Shown here piece after piece: positions 36,365 to 47,634 of a stretch of DNA of 64,000 nt. Positions within the stretch are counted from its first letter, which is position 1. Every line of letters begins with the position of its first letter. The DNA comes from Malacoraja senta (lineage: Eukaryota). The DNA lies in the NCBI GenBank assembly GCA_038087875.1, contig CM075977.1, forward strand, positions 225,556,001 to 225,620,000, in the 5' to 3' direction. A program made the translations under genes and the position numbers. The notes below the pieces were generated by a model that was not told the origin of the DNA, made no database searches, and worked only from the letters and a program-made list of their open reading frames with translations.

Positions 36365-37862
36365 AGGAATTCTGTGTGTTTTTTGGGAATCTATCAGAGT
36401 CACAATATGGCACTCCAAGCATAGCTCCAGACTCACTAGAGACTTCTCACACACCTCCTAAAGTGCTCAAACTGTGCTCAATGTAGCAGAGATTATCTTT
36501 TTGAAAATTTTACTACTGAGGATATCAGGTAATGGTGACTCTGTGATCTGTTTCCCAAGAGTTGGAGGGTCCTATACTTCAGTCTGGACATGGGCAGTCC
36601 CTGGCAGAACCCCACTCCTGTCCAGATTGCCTTCCTCTTGTGGTATCTGCCTCAAAAGCAACTAAGCTTTTTATTATGCATTTATGGGTTTGATCAATGT
36701 GTGTGTATGGGAGAGTGGGTTTGTGGGAAAAAATAATGTTTGTATGTCAGCATGACATGTCAGCAAATTCCGAGTACAGTAGAGAGATCACCTTGGTCTT
36801 CCAAGTGATATCATGATTTCTGCCTAGAATTGTTTTATTGTCTTCCTCCTGGCATATATCTTATTCACCACTATTTCAATATATTTTTCAGAGAATATTT
36901 GTGCTCTCTCCATGCGGTCTCCAAGCTGTCGCTACTTTCTATGACAACCATAAATGTATATTGCTGCTATCTGTTTACTGTAGAGAGTGCACCTTGAAGG
37001 GTAGATGACTTTCTCCTATGGCTGCACTGCAAAGTATTGGCAGCCACGATAAACTGGGAGTGCTCCTGTTAAGATCTGTTAGGATCAGTGTATATTTCCT
37101 TGTAAGTGGTCCTTTATGTGCTAACAAGTGCTGGCTTTACGTGTTAACAAGTAGAACTGGATTACTCCCTGTCTTAGACTGATGGCAAAAGAATTAGACG
37201 TTACTGCAATGATTCCAGGGTGTAAAATTACAGCATGTTTGCAATGATATATCTGCCATCAATGAAAAATTAGTTTATGTGTTTGGTTTAATGCCCAGAA
37301 GCATTTAAGACCCAAGAAATCCTGTACTTTGGGAGTTTGGGTGCAATTATTAAACATTTTTTCAGTTTCTGACAACTTCAAATAAAGAGTGGTAATTCTA
37401 ATCTGGTCTTAAATGTCAAAACTGAAATATATCAATAAATTGTCTAATTCCACTGAAGTCTGGAACTTACATTTAACATTCCTATTCTCCACCTTGACAT
37501 AAAAGTCTAGATATAAGCAACTAGTTTTTTGGCAAGTATGTTAGGCAATTTATTGGGTTTTGACTAAGCCTGAAAGCAGCTTTTTTGTAACTTTGCCCAT
37601 GACTTTTTAGCTTGTGATGACGTATAAAGTTCTTAAAGGTGCATTACATTCTCTTCAGGTTTTTTGATTATTCAGCGTCTAAATGGAGAGCGCAATGATG
37701 TTTTAATGAAGAAATCTTTTATTTAAAAAACTAAACTAAATGTTAAAAACAAAAATCATAAAGTATTCAAGAAAATGTTGTTAATAGTGGGTGATAAATT
37801 TCACTCTGGTTTACTATCAATTATCCTGAGGGCACTGAAATATTAGAATTTATTTAGAATTT

Positions 37863-38014
37863 TTTTTAAAAATATTTTATTTATTAGAAGTAATGTACAT
37901 TACAGTGATACAAGCCAAAAATAACATAATACATTTCCTGTACCGCTTCTTATTTTAAACTTTAAAAAGGAGAAGAATAGAGAGAGTTAGATAAGATAGT
38001 AAGTGCGTGAAAGT
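37863..38014 (-). mobile_element. Short polyadenylated retroposed insert (L1-like 3' end) with 17-bp TSD
   Basis: GAATTTATTTAGAATTT at 37846-37862 and 38015-38031. The minus strand ends AATAAATAAAATATTTTTAAAAA. Confidence 0.75.
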
Positions 38015-38232
38015 GAATTTATTTAGAATTTGACTGTGCTTGTGAACTTATTAGCAAGGTGTTCGTATGTTTAAGAAGATCCACTGGTGTGATATAGTCA
38101 GTGGAGGCCAGTAATAACAATCTTGTTGATACAATCTGCACGGCCTTCAAGGATAACGATGGAGTTCCCCCCCCCCCCCCCTTCAATTTCAATTATTGCT
38201 GGGTATATAAATAACTAAATGCTTCATACGTC

Positions 38233-38930
38233 ATCGGGTGGTGCAGCGAGCAGCAGCCTTGCCAGTAACGTGTTTGTCCTTTTGACTTTTTTTGTTTTAT
38301 AGTATGTCTAAATGTATGTTTTAGTGTGGGGGGGTGGTGGAGGGGGAATAGGGGGAAACCGTTTTCAGTCACTTACCTCGACGGAGATGCAACTTTTCTC
38401 TTTGTCGCAAATTTCGCTCCCCTCGCGGCCTAACAACTGATTTGATGCAGCCTTTCTTGGAGACCGGCCCAGAGCTTCAGTAACAGGCGCGGCGGACTTA
38501 CCATCGCGGAGTGGTGCGGCGTGGACTTTACATCGCGGAGCAGGGCGATCCCTTCCCGGGGATCGCCAGAAGAAGTGCTCCGACCGACGGCCTGTGGCCT
38601 ATAACATCGTGAAGCCGCAGTCTCTGGTAAGAAAATGGCCGATTCAGGAACTACAAGCCGACGTCAGAATTTCGATCATCCCGACGAGAGGGCTTGTACA
38701 TCGGACTGTCCGTAACGGCAACTACGGAGGGTTCATGGCCCTGACCACAGGTAAACAAAGGAGGAAGATTGACTGAACGTTATTACCTTCCACCACAGTG
38801 ATGAATATTGATTCCACTGTGGTGGTTATTTATGTTAAATTATACTGTGTATTGTGTTCTTTTTGGTTGTATGGCTGCATGGTAACTCATTTCACTGTAC
38901 CTTAATTGGTGCATGTGACAAATAAACAAA
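38233..38930 (+). mobile_element. GC-rich non-autonomous retroposon with Rex1-like tail (family copy 3)
   Basis: Same leader (TAAATGTATGTTTTAGTGT..GGGGGAAAC..GGAGATGCAAC), GGACTTTACCATCGCGGAG repeats and tail TTTCACTGTACC..GGTGCATGTGACAAATAAAC. Confidence 0.7.
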
Positions 38931-40769
38931 CTTGGTTTAATAGAAATTCTAGTGAAGGCATTTTGAGAATAATGTTAATTAACTTAACAATATATTCACT
39001 GATCATTTTAAACAGATTCATTATCAATGGAGTTCTTCCTTTTCATTAAGTACATTCATTGCAAATCGTGCATCACACATCAGAGATAACACTTGAGAAC
39101 ATGTATTTTTAACATGGAATGTTTTACTGTTCGGTGGCTTTAATTGATTAATGCCTGTCTGATATGTGTTTTGCTTCCTTGATGCGCTGATACATTGTAG
39201 ATGTGGTAGGGATTAAATGGGTTGTATCTTGGGGTGGCCTAAGTCCCCCCTTGCTGGAATTTCTGCAGTTCTACTTACCCATCTACTTGATGGTAGACAA
39301 AAAAGCTGGAGATGGGCTCTTTCCCACTGGCCCTCCACGTTCCACTAAAATTGCAATTGAGGCATTTTTAAAATGATTATATTGAATTAAATATTTAATA
39401 AATGTAGTTAAGTTAAAAAAAAATAACCGAGCAGTCATAAAACAACCAAAAATAATTTAATTAATTAAATAAAGACAAACAATCAAAGCAGTGTGTAGCC
39501 TATTGGAAAGAAGTGTCGAGGGTATCAGGCATGTAAACTAGGTGAAGAAGTTGGTGATCTAGATGGATAGTACACGTTGTTCCCATAAAGTCAAACTTTT
39601 TTTTCTATGGATGGCAAAAAAATCAAACGTACATTTTATACGTTTTTTCTCATAGTTTTAGCGAATGCAGTAGGTGCGGTTACCGTTATAACTTAGTTTT
39701 GCTTTGGGTTGTCGCCTGGCCAATTGCTTATTTGAACAAACACACTTACAAATGTACTGGAAGTGACACCGAGCCATTGAAACTAGAATTTAGCGATATG
39801 ATAGCACAATCAAATGTAAAGAGATACGTGTACTAATTGTATTTCCTATAAAAAATTTAGATAAAAAAAGGATGTAGGTGACCAGTAAAAGTCCTGGACA
39901 TTTCAATATATCAGTACATATTGAAGACAAGAGGCTGGCAGTGAAATTTGGCATTCACGGTGCTGTGTCAATGATATGCAATCTGGAATTTGAGCAACGT
40001 TGACCAAAAGGTACAGATAATTTAGGAATTCACCTGGTTTTTCTTTGTATCAGCATTAGGGTGAGGATCAAGGTGGTAGGAATAAGCAAGTAAACTAACT
40101 TTAGTTTTACCTCCTGAATCTTTGAACTACAGTTTGTGCTCAAGTCAAGGCTTCTCAGACATAACGGCAGCTTCTAACCTGCTACAATATTTGAGTGAAA
40201 GTTCTCTGGTGTAATGCTGGGGAAGCACTAGCAAAGTAACCCTCCACTGCAGGGCTCCATCTGCTAGTGGCTTGGATTTTCATGTCTCACAGCACAAATG
40301 TATAACTGCAGGATATAACTGCATTTCATTAGTTTCATTAATTAATTTCATTAATGGTTCCAATTGGAATTGGCATGAAAATTCAGCTCAATATATCAGA
40401 ATTCACAGAAGTTAAAACCAGGGGAGGCAGCCATTTGTGATTGGTGCGCTAGAGGTAGATTTAGTTAATATATTTGTGGAAGGATTCACATGTATTCCTC
40501 TTTTGTTACAACTGAGACGTTTCAAAACGCTACTGCGCTAACCTTAGCACTCTGTGTGAAACCTGCTTTGTAGCCCATGCACTCCAGTGCTTGAGTGGTA
40601 ATAAATACGTCTTCATGCCATGGCTGGCACATGGTCGTTCATTTCACATTGATGGCCGTGCTTTATGTAATTTCAACCTGACACAAAGATATTTTATGAT
40701 ACTTGGCAACAAGATGTAACAAGGACATTTTGTGAAATGTATGGAAACTGCATTGAATTACATTAAAGC

Positions 40770-41046
40770 CATAGAGTTATATAACACATAAACAGGCCCT
40801 TCACTCCAGCTTGCCTATTCCCACCAAGGTGTCCCATCTATAATTGCTCTCACCTGCCCATAGACCTCTAAACCTTTCCTATCCATGTACCAGTCCAAAT
40901 GTATTTTTTATGTGGTTATAATTTCTGCCTCAACTACCTCCTCTGGCAGCTCATTCCACACACCACCCTCTGTGTGAAAAGATTGCTCCTTAGATTCCTA
41001 TTAAATCTCTCTGCCCTCACCTTAAACCTATGTCCTCTGGTTCTTG
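40770..41046 (-). mobile_element. CR1 3' fragment nested in Gypsy gag
   Basis: RTRGHRFKVRAERFNRNLRSNLFTQRVV peptide. Confidence 0.85.
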
Positions 41047-41345
41047 CTTTAGTTTTCACTTCAAATGACATTGCAGAATAGAAGGATTGATTCATTTTGC
41101 CAGCATCTGTGCGGGTTGCTGTACAACTGATATAATTCTTGCTGATTCCAATAACCCATTTGAAGAGTTGGTACAACTAGTTAAGCAGCACAGTGCCCTA
41201 ATTCAATGGTGCATGTTTAATGGCTAGAACCAATATCCACTTGCAATTGTTGCACAGTTATTGTAGATTTGAAATGAATTGCTGAACGCTGCAAACATGG
41301 AACATAGTTGAAGGCAATAGTGGGGTGCTGCATAGTTTGTGGAAT

Positions 41346-41660
41346 TTTAGTTTAGAGATATAGCGAAGAAACAGGCCCTTCGGCCCACCGAGTCTGCACC
41401 GACCAGCGATCCCCACACATCAACACTATCCCACACACACTAGGACAATTTACACATACACCAAGCCAATTAACCTACATACCTGTACGTCTTTGGAGTG
41501 TGGGAGGAAACCGAAGATCTCGGAGAAAACCCACGCGGTCAAGGGGAGAACGTACAAATACGTACAGACATCATCTTGTAGTCGGGATCGAACCCGGGTC
41601 TCTGGTGCTGCAAGCACTGTAACGCAGCAGGTCTACCGCTGCGCCACCGTGGTCGCCCTA
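41346..41660 (-). mobile_element. Full-length HE1-type V-SINE nested in Gypsy gag
   Basis: Same head, V-domain and tail as the 24490 copy. It splits the gag motif VCGI|..QRWLL. Confidence 0.9.
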
Positions 41661-42504
41661 AATTCAAAGTGTGTGTAGTCAGAGATGGCTACTCTCTGAG
41701 ACAATGAATTTCAAGCAGGTTTTTGATATTGCCTGGACAATGGAACTATGATTAAATAAACACACAAATTGACAATATCACATTGCAAAGGCTCTGAATG
41801 TTTACAAGGTAGGCACTAGGTCAACTGCATCGTTAAGAATTATCTGATGGGGAGAGATTATCATTGTACCTGTATGTAATTTTGGATTTACAAATGCAAT
41901 GGGTCTGTTTACCAGAGGTCTGGTATAAAGAGGCATCTGTCAACAGTGTGCTTGACAACAAAGCAGGACCATGGCTACCTCAAGCATCCAAGCAGTGTGT
42001 GGCCTATTATAAAGAAGAGTAAAGAGTATTGGGTACCTGGACTCGAAAAAGGTGGTAATCTAAATGAATAACACAAACTTTTTTCTATTACGCCTACTGA
42101 CCTTTTCACTATATTAATACACACCGAAGGCAAGAAAATGTCAATTAAATTTAATATCGATGGAGCAGGAATTAATGCAGCATTTTGATCAAAAGGTGCA
42201 GAAAATTTAGGAATTCGCTTGGCTTTCTTCATGCCTTAATTGAGAAAGGATCAAGGTGATAGGAATAAGTGTTGTATTGAGAGGTGGGGTGGTTCCAGGG
42301 CAAGAATCCAATTTGATTTGCTTGAAGTTACTATCAAAGATAAAGTTTGATAGGGTAAGCATTAGTTTCTTCCTACATATTTTGTCTGCTTCACTGAGAA
42401 TATGCCCACTTCAAAGAAGTTCTCCTCCTCTCTCCGACAAGTTCTGCAACATCCTCTCTCACTGCAACACCTCTTTAATTCCCTCTCCACATTCATTTTT
42501 TCTA

Positions 42505-42675
42505 TGTACCTTCTATATCTCTCGTTTCCTCTCCATGACTCTCAGTCTGAAGAAGTCAGCAGTCCAAAACGTCACCTATTCCTTCTCTCCAGAGATGGTG
42601 CCTGACCTGCTGAGTTACTCCAGCTTTTTGTGTCTATCTTCGGTGTAAATCAGCATCTGCACTTCCTTCCTGCAC
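42505..42675 (+). mobile_element. PLE 3' end (stem II of the hammerhead disrupted)
   Basis: CTCAGTCTGAAGAAG..AAACGTCACCTATTCC..CAGCATCTGCAC. Confidence 0.75.
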
Positions 42676-43044
42676 TAGAACATGAAGAAACTATCTGTAT
42701 CGGCTGGACACGTACCTGGATCTGTTTGGTGATGATTTTCGTAGCATTTAAGGAATAGAAGCTAGGATGCTACACCTCAGTTTTGCAAAACATCACTGTA
42801 TTTTACAGAATCGTGGAAAAGATTTCGGCAGAAATGAGGACAATTAAGGAAAAAGCTATTATTGACCCACTTGAGCTTTGTGATTTGAATGTTTTATTTG
42901 TTCCTGTAGAGAAGATAGGTGGGAGTATTAGGATCTGCAGAGATTACAGCAAATATAGGAAGATGCCCCTAATTGATTTATAACTCAACTAAGAGTAGGA
43001 TAAATCTTCACAATGTTTCAGCTGATACAAAATTGCCATCAGAT

Positions 43045-43480
43045 GGTAATGGGACTGGAAGGCTTGGGGTACATGGATAGGTTGGGACTTTTTACCCTGG
43101 AGTGAAGACGGATTAGGGGTGACTTTATAGAGGTATTTAAAATATTGAGGGGTACAGATAAGGAACATGGTCATTGTCTTTTTGCCAGTGTAGAAGAGTC
43201 TAAAACCAGAAGACACAGATTTAAGATGAGAAGGGAAAGATTTAAAAGAGATCTTTTCCGCACAGAGAATGGTAGGTATATGGAATGAGCTGCCAAAGGA
43301 AGCTGTAGAGATGGGTACAATTACAATATTTTAGAGACATGTGGACACGCACATGTTTAGAAAAGGATCAGAGTGATACGAGCCAAACACAGACAGATGG
43401 AACTAGCTCTGATAGACACTTTGATTGGCATGGAGGAGTTAAGCTAAAGGGCCTGTTTCTGTGCCATATAACTTTGAGTC
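43045..43480 (+). mobile_element. CR1 3' fragment nested in Gypsy RT
   Basis: GGGGTGACTTTATAGAGGTATTTAAAAT...AAGGGCCTGTTTCTGTGCC. Confidence 0.8.
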
Positions 43481-43880
43481 GGATAAGTTGGACAAAGATT
43501 CAAATACATACTCAGCAATAAATTTGCACCTTGGACTGTTCCAAAACAACTGACCTTCTCATGGAATAATATCATCTCCGCACATTTTATCAAGGACAGT
43601 GGATAGTTTGATTCATGATTTTCCAAGTGTCATTTGGCTATTTGACTAAAATTAGGACCAAGAAGAAAATCTAAAAGATGTACCTTGATGATTCGAAGTA
43701 GCAGGAGGGCATTTGAGAAAAAAAATTGTTGGCTTATATGTAGTCCAATAAAGTAATACGTTTATTGATTCTGAAGGAGTCTGTTGAAAGCAGTGTTTGA
43801 TACTCCTGGTCCAAACAAATTGATATCGTGGATATAGTGGATAATTAAATGAGGACGCAGTGAGTTGAGTGCGAATCGGT

Positions 43881-43975
43881 CAGGCTGAAGAAGGGTCTCG
43901 ACCCGAAACATCACCCATTCTTTCTTTCCAGAGATGCTGCCTGTCCCGCTGAGTTACTCCAGCATTTTGTGTTTG
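43881..43975 (+). mobile_element. PLE pLTR fragment with hammerhead-like core, nested in Gypsy integrase
   Basis: CTGAAGAAGGGTCTCGACCCGAAACATCACCC. Confidence 0.8.
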
Positions 43976-46467
43976 TGGTTTTAACAGGCCCATTTATGGA
44001 AAATATGATGATCATAATAGTAAATGCATATTACAAGTATAGAACAGAATTCTTCTGGGTACTTCTACTTCTCAAGCGATGAGTTTAAAGTTAAGAATGA
44101 TATATAATATGCTTGATCTCCCAAAGTTCCAGTGCGGTGGGCAATGCAATCATCCAGACTGGTGCTGAACTCTGAAGGAATGAACTCAAGCATGTGCAGG
44201 CAAGACCATCTGACACTGAAAGATGGACTGAGAAAAATTTACATTGAAATTGATTCAAAAGTTGCACACTTCTTATTTGATTGCGTATACACTTACAGGT
44301 CAAACATCTGCAGAGATACTGATAGTCAGACATCTCAGCATGCATTTGGATTTGGTGAGGCCACAGGTTGGTGCTACTCTTTGTTCCAGACAGATGAAGC
44401 AGGAGAAGCAACAGGACATCACCATTTGTTAGTAGATGTGTATTTAATGAAGTTTCCACATCTCTGACTGAAGCCAGCATAGTGAAAGAGAACACACCTC
44501 AAGATAATAAGCACTGATATAATTGCAGCACAACTGAGTTGCATTGTATTGAGCAGGCAAGGATATTACCAGGTAGAATTAATCTGTAATTAGGGAAATT
44601 TTAATTCTGAGGTTTTGTTGATTACATTGGACTTCTTTTGATGGTATCTTACATATATTTGAAAAAAGGTATATATGTTTTCATCCAAATTAAGGCAGAG
44701 GATGTATGAAAACCTTTGGGTGCTAGGACCTTGTACATCACCTGTAATCTTATTGCTATCAACGCCCTCTAGTGGATGAGTGGGAATAAAGGTAGCTGCT
44801 ATCCAGGACATAGTTACTAAACTCATAATGAGGAACACATAAAGCAATCTATGAATGTTACATAGATCTATTGAATGCTGTTACTATTGTAGCAGCAGGG
44901 AATTCTACTTAAAAGCAACGATCATTAAGTGATAAATTATGTTCCTGAGTGATTAAATAATTACAGAACTACTTTGAATAGAAATCCCTGATGTGCCAAG
45001 AATAGAGTGTATTAATATCTACCGGAATGCTACAGATCACGGTTAAACAAACATCAAAGTAGTCTATAAAGTAAGTGCAAGGAGAGAAATGTTATTTTAA
45101 TTTTAACTTTATTTAACCATATTTGATTTGGAAATGCACAAGACTCAGAAGTGATAAATGTATGGCACATCATTAGAATTCACAAACAACTTGGTTTAAC
45201 AGGAAATTAAGCCAGCAATCATAGAGTAATCCATGGTGCTCAGACGCAATTAAACCTCATACCATGAGAGATTTGTAGATTTAAAGGAACTAGAAAACAA
45301 GAGATGAATGAAGATATGAAACAAATGAATTAGAGAATAAACCTTAATGGCACCTCAGACTTTCTTTAGCAGAATACCGTAGCATGAATGCTGAAAACCG
45401 GCAAAGTCCAGATGAGCATTATTAGTAAACATTCTAAAAGTGAGAAATGGCCTTTTGAAATCTAACAGGTGGAAAGGTGAACTGAACTAAATATGAGGTC
45501 ATGCAAGAAAAACTTATAAGGATGATGAGAACCCTTGAAATAATAGTCCTGCAAAGGAATTATATTATAATAATTGCGGTAATCAAAAAAGAGATGAGAA
45601 CTCTAGACGTTTTTTTTTTAAAGAACCTTAAGTTAAGGGCCAGCATGATGCAATTAACATTGTAAATGAATACTTCCTTTCTATTATTTGGATGATTCAC
45701 ATTTATGCGCAGAGCAGCAATAAAGTGGTTTGTGGATGCCTCGAGGTGTAGTTTCATTTTAGCAGGTGTAAAATGCTGCTGGGATTGTGTTTCCCACCAA
45801 TTTTTATTTTTATTTCAGTGGAAATCAACTGAATCAACAAAAGGTCTGGTAATGTACATAACTATACCTAATCCAATATTTCGAATTTTATATTGCATCG
45901 GGTGTCTGGGATCTAACAACTGAAAAAGGTTTCTGAGCTTTTTTTCAGGAAGAAAAATGTCTATGCCTTTTGTTAGGAGAGGTTACATTTAATTTAACTA
46001 CTTTAAATTAAATGGGGAAATTAGGCCAAGAAAATGCAGATTAAAATTGTTAAAACGTAACATAAAGACTGATAATTGCCAAGTCCTTTATCCAGACTAT
46101 GATTTCCCATGTAATTGACCAAATACAGAGTAAATGGAGGCAAGGGTGGGATCACTTTGGAAACAATTGGATAGACTAATGTGGGAAGTACTGGATTTTC
46201 AGACAAATTAAAATGTGCCAAATAGTCATAGATCTAGATTTTGGTTACTTTTGTGAAAGGAAGCACCACTTGAATAAAATGGCCTAAACTACTGAGGTTG
46301 CTTAGTTTTTGCATTTTGTTGAAAACTGTCATGGTTGAATCTAGTTAAGTTTAGAGCTCCATAAATGATTGTCATAAACAGCAAATAATTTAGGCTACTT
46401 GACAATATGATATACCACATGTAAAACAAATAACGCTCACACTGTCTGCTTATTCTCTTGTGTGCAG

Positions 46468-46473
46468 CTGGAA
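46468..46473 (+). other. Candidate 6-nt microexon (CTGGAA)
   Basis: Branch-like GCTCAC, pyrimidine tract with TGC, then TGCAG|CTGGAA|GTAAGT. There is no other AG for ~70 nt upstream. Confidence 0.3.
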
Positions 46474-46855
46474 GTAAGTAAACATTTTCTTTCATTTAAA
46501 CAGAGCTGTGTTTTAAACTGCAAAGATTTACAGTGAGACGTTGCAGTTCTGTATCATCATTCTTACCGAATTTTTTTGGAAGCCTTATATGGTTTGCTAT
46601 AACAGGATGATAGTCTGGTCTCATAACATGCAATAAATACTGCAAGATACATTTCTTTCACTTGCATAATGACTGGTGTACCATATCAGGTTAGTAACAA
46701 AACTTGCATCTATGACCATCTAGATTTCAAACTGGATAAACCCAGTATTTCAAGAAGGTGAGTCTCATTTGATGTTCCTTTGCTTTAGATCCCCAAGAGG
46801 ATTATGCTGGGTAAATTGACACCTTAATCCTCAACAGAATATCTTACATTACTCA

Positions 46856-47032
46856 TTTTTCCAATTTTAGGTAGTCCCTGCTTTCTCCTTCTTTCCCCTT
46901 CCCTTCCCAGCTCTCCCACAGCCCACTGTCTCCGCCTCTTCCTTTCTTCTTCCCGCCCCCCACCCCCACATCAGTCTGAAGAAGGGTCTTGACCCGAAAC
47001 GTCACCCGCTGAGTTTCTCCATCATTTTTGTC
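46856..47032 (+). mobile_element. PLE 3' end (ORF end FSNFR*, pyrimidine tract, hammerhead core) with 16-bp TSD
   Basis: TATCTTACATTACTCA at 46840-46855 and 47033-47048. Core CAGTCTGAAGAAGGGTCTTGACCCGAAACGTC. Confidence 0.85.
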
Positions 47033-47478
47033 TATCTTACATTACTCACTACCTCTAACAAAATTATAAGCCTGTTTTTATTTTTAAATGTCTGAATTTT
47101 TATACGAGTTACATTCAGAGCAAGTCTTCTTGCTACTTGTATGTTTACAATGCTACTAACATTGTGGGTTTAAAATTAAATTGCTTGGTGGTGTTACTCC
47201 AGAATGCCGGCCCTTTCTTTCTTTCTTTCTTCAGCACCCTGAATTCAGCCTTGGTATCTGAATGCCCCATTGAATTCACTCATTTCCCCCACATCCTCCA
47301 GTTGTCCCGGGGCTCAAAACAATAGTTGTGCAAACGTACAGTGCCTGTTCAGTTGTGCTACTGAAGTTTGCCGCAATGAGCCCTCGACCAAAATGGTGGT
47401 TGGTGTGCTGCTTCCATATTCATATGTCCAGAGCAAATCCACCTCAATATAATAATGCATCTGCTTAACTAGAACTCT

Positions 47479-47634
47479 GGGTTGGGAGATTGCAACCTTC
47501 ACGTGGTCCGCCCTGTTTTGACGAATGCAATCAACCTGGCGTGCACAATCAAATAAGATCAAATAGAACAAGTTGTCCTACAACTTTAGGCTGTGCATGT
47601 CATATGCAAGAAGAAGAAGAAGAAGTAGAAGAAG
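47479..47634 (+). mobile_element. Short non-LTR retroposon with (GAA)n tail and 11-bp TSD (possibly Vingi/I-group related)
   Basis: ACTAGAACTCT at 47468-47478 and 47635-47645. The element ends CATATGCAAGAAGAAGAAG. Confidence 0.75.

Larger units (their letters stand above)
40704..44600 (+). mobile_element. Ancient Ty3/Gypsy (Mag/K02A2.6-like) LTR retrotransposon fossil, internal region
   Basis: PBS-like TGGCAACAAGATG; gag FTSNDIAE, FEELVQLVKQH, IAERCKHG..IVCGI, QRWLLSETMNFKQVFDIAWTME; decayed CCHC; RT VPVEKIGGSIRICRDY, AINLHLGLFQNN; IN TGPFMENMMIIIVNAYYK, TGQTSAEILIVRHLSMHLDLVRP; end PGRINL* followed by a purine tract. Confidence 0.8.

Noticed and set aside
44132-44467. 111-aa ORF as a host or domesticated gene
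   Set aside because: It is a frameshifted mosaic of Gypsy integrase, with stops throughout the element and no sign of domestication.
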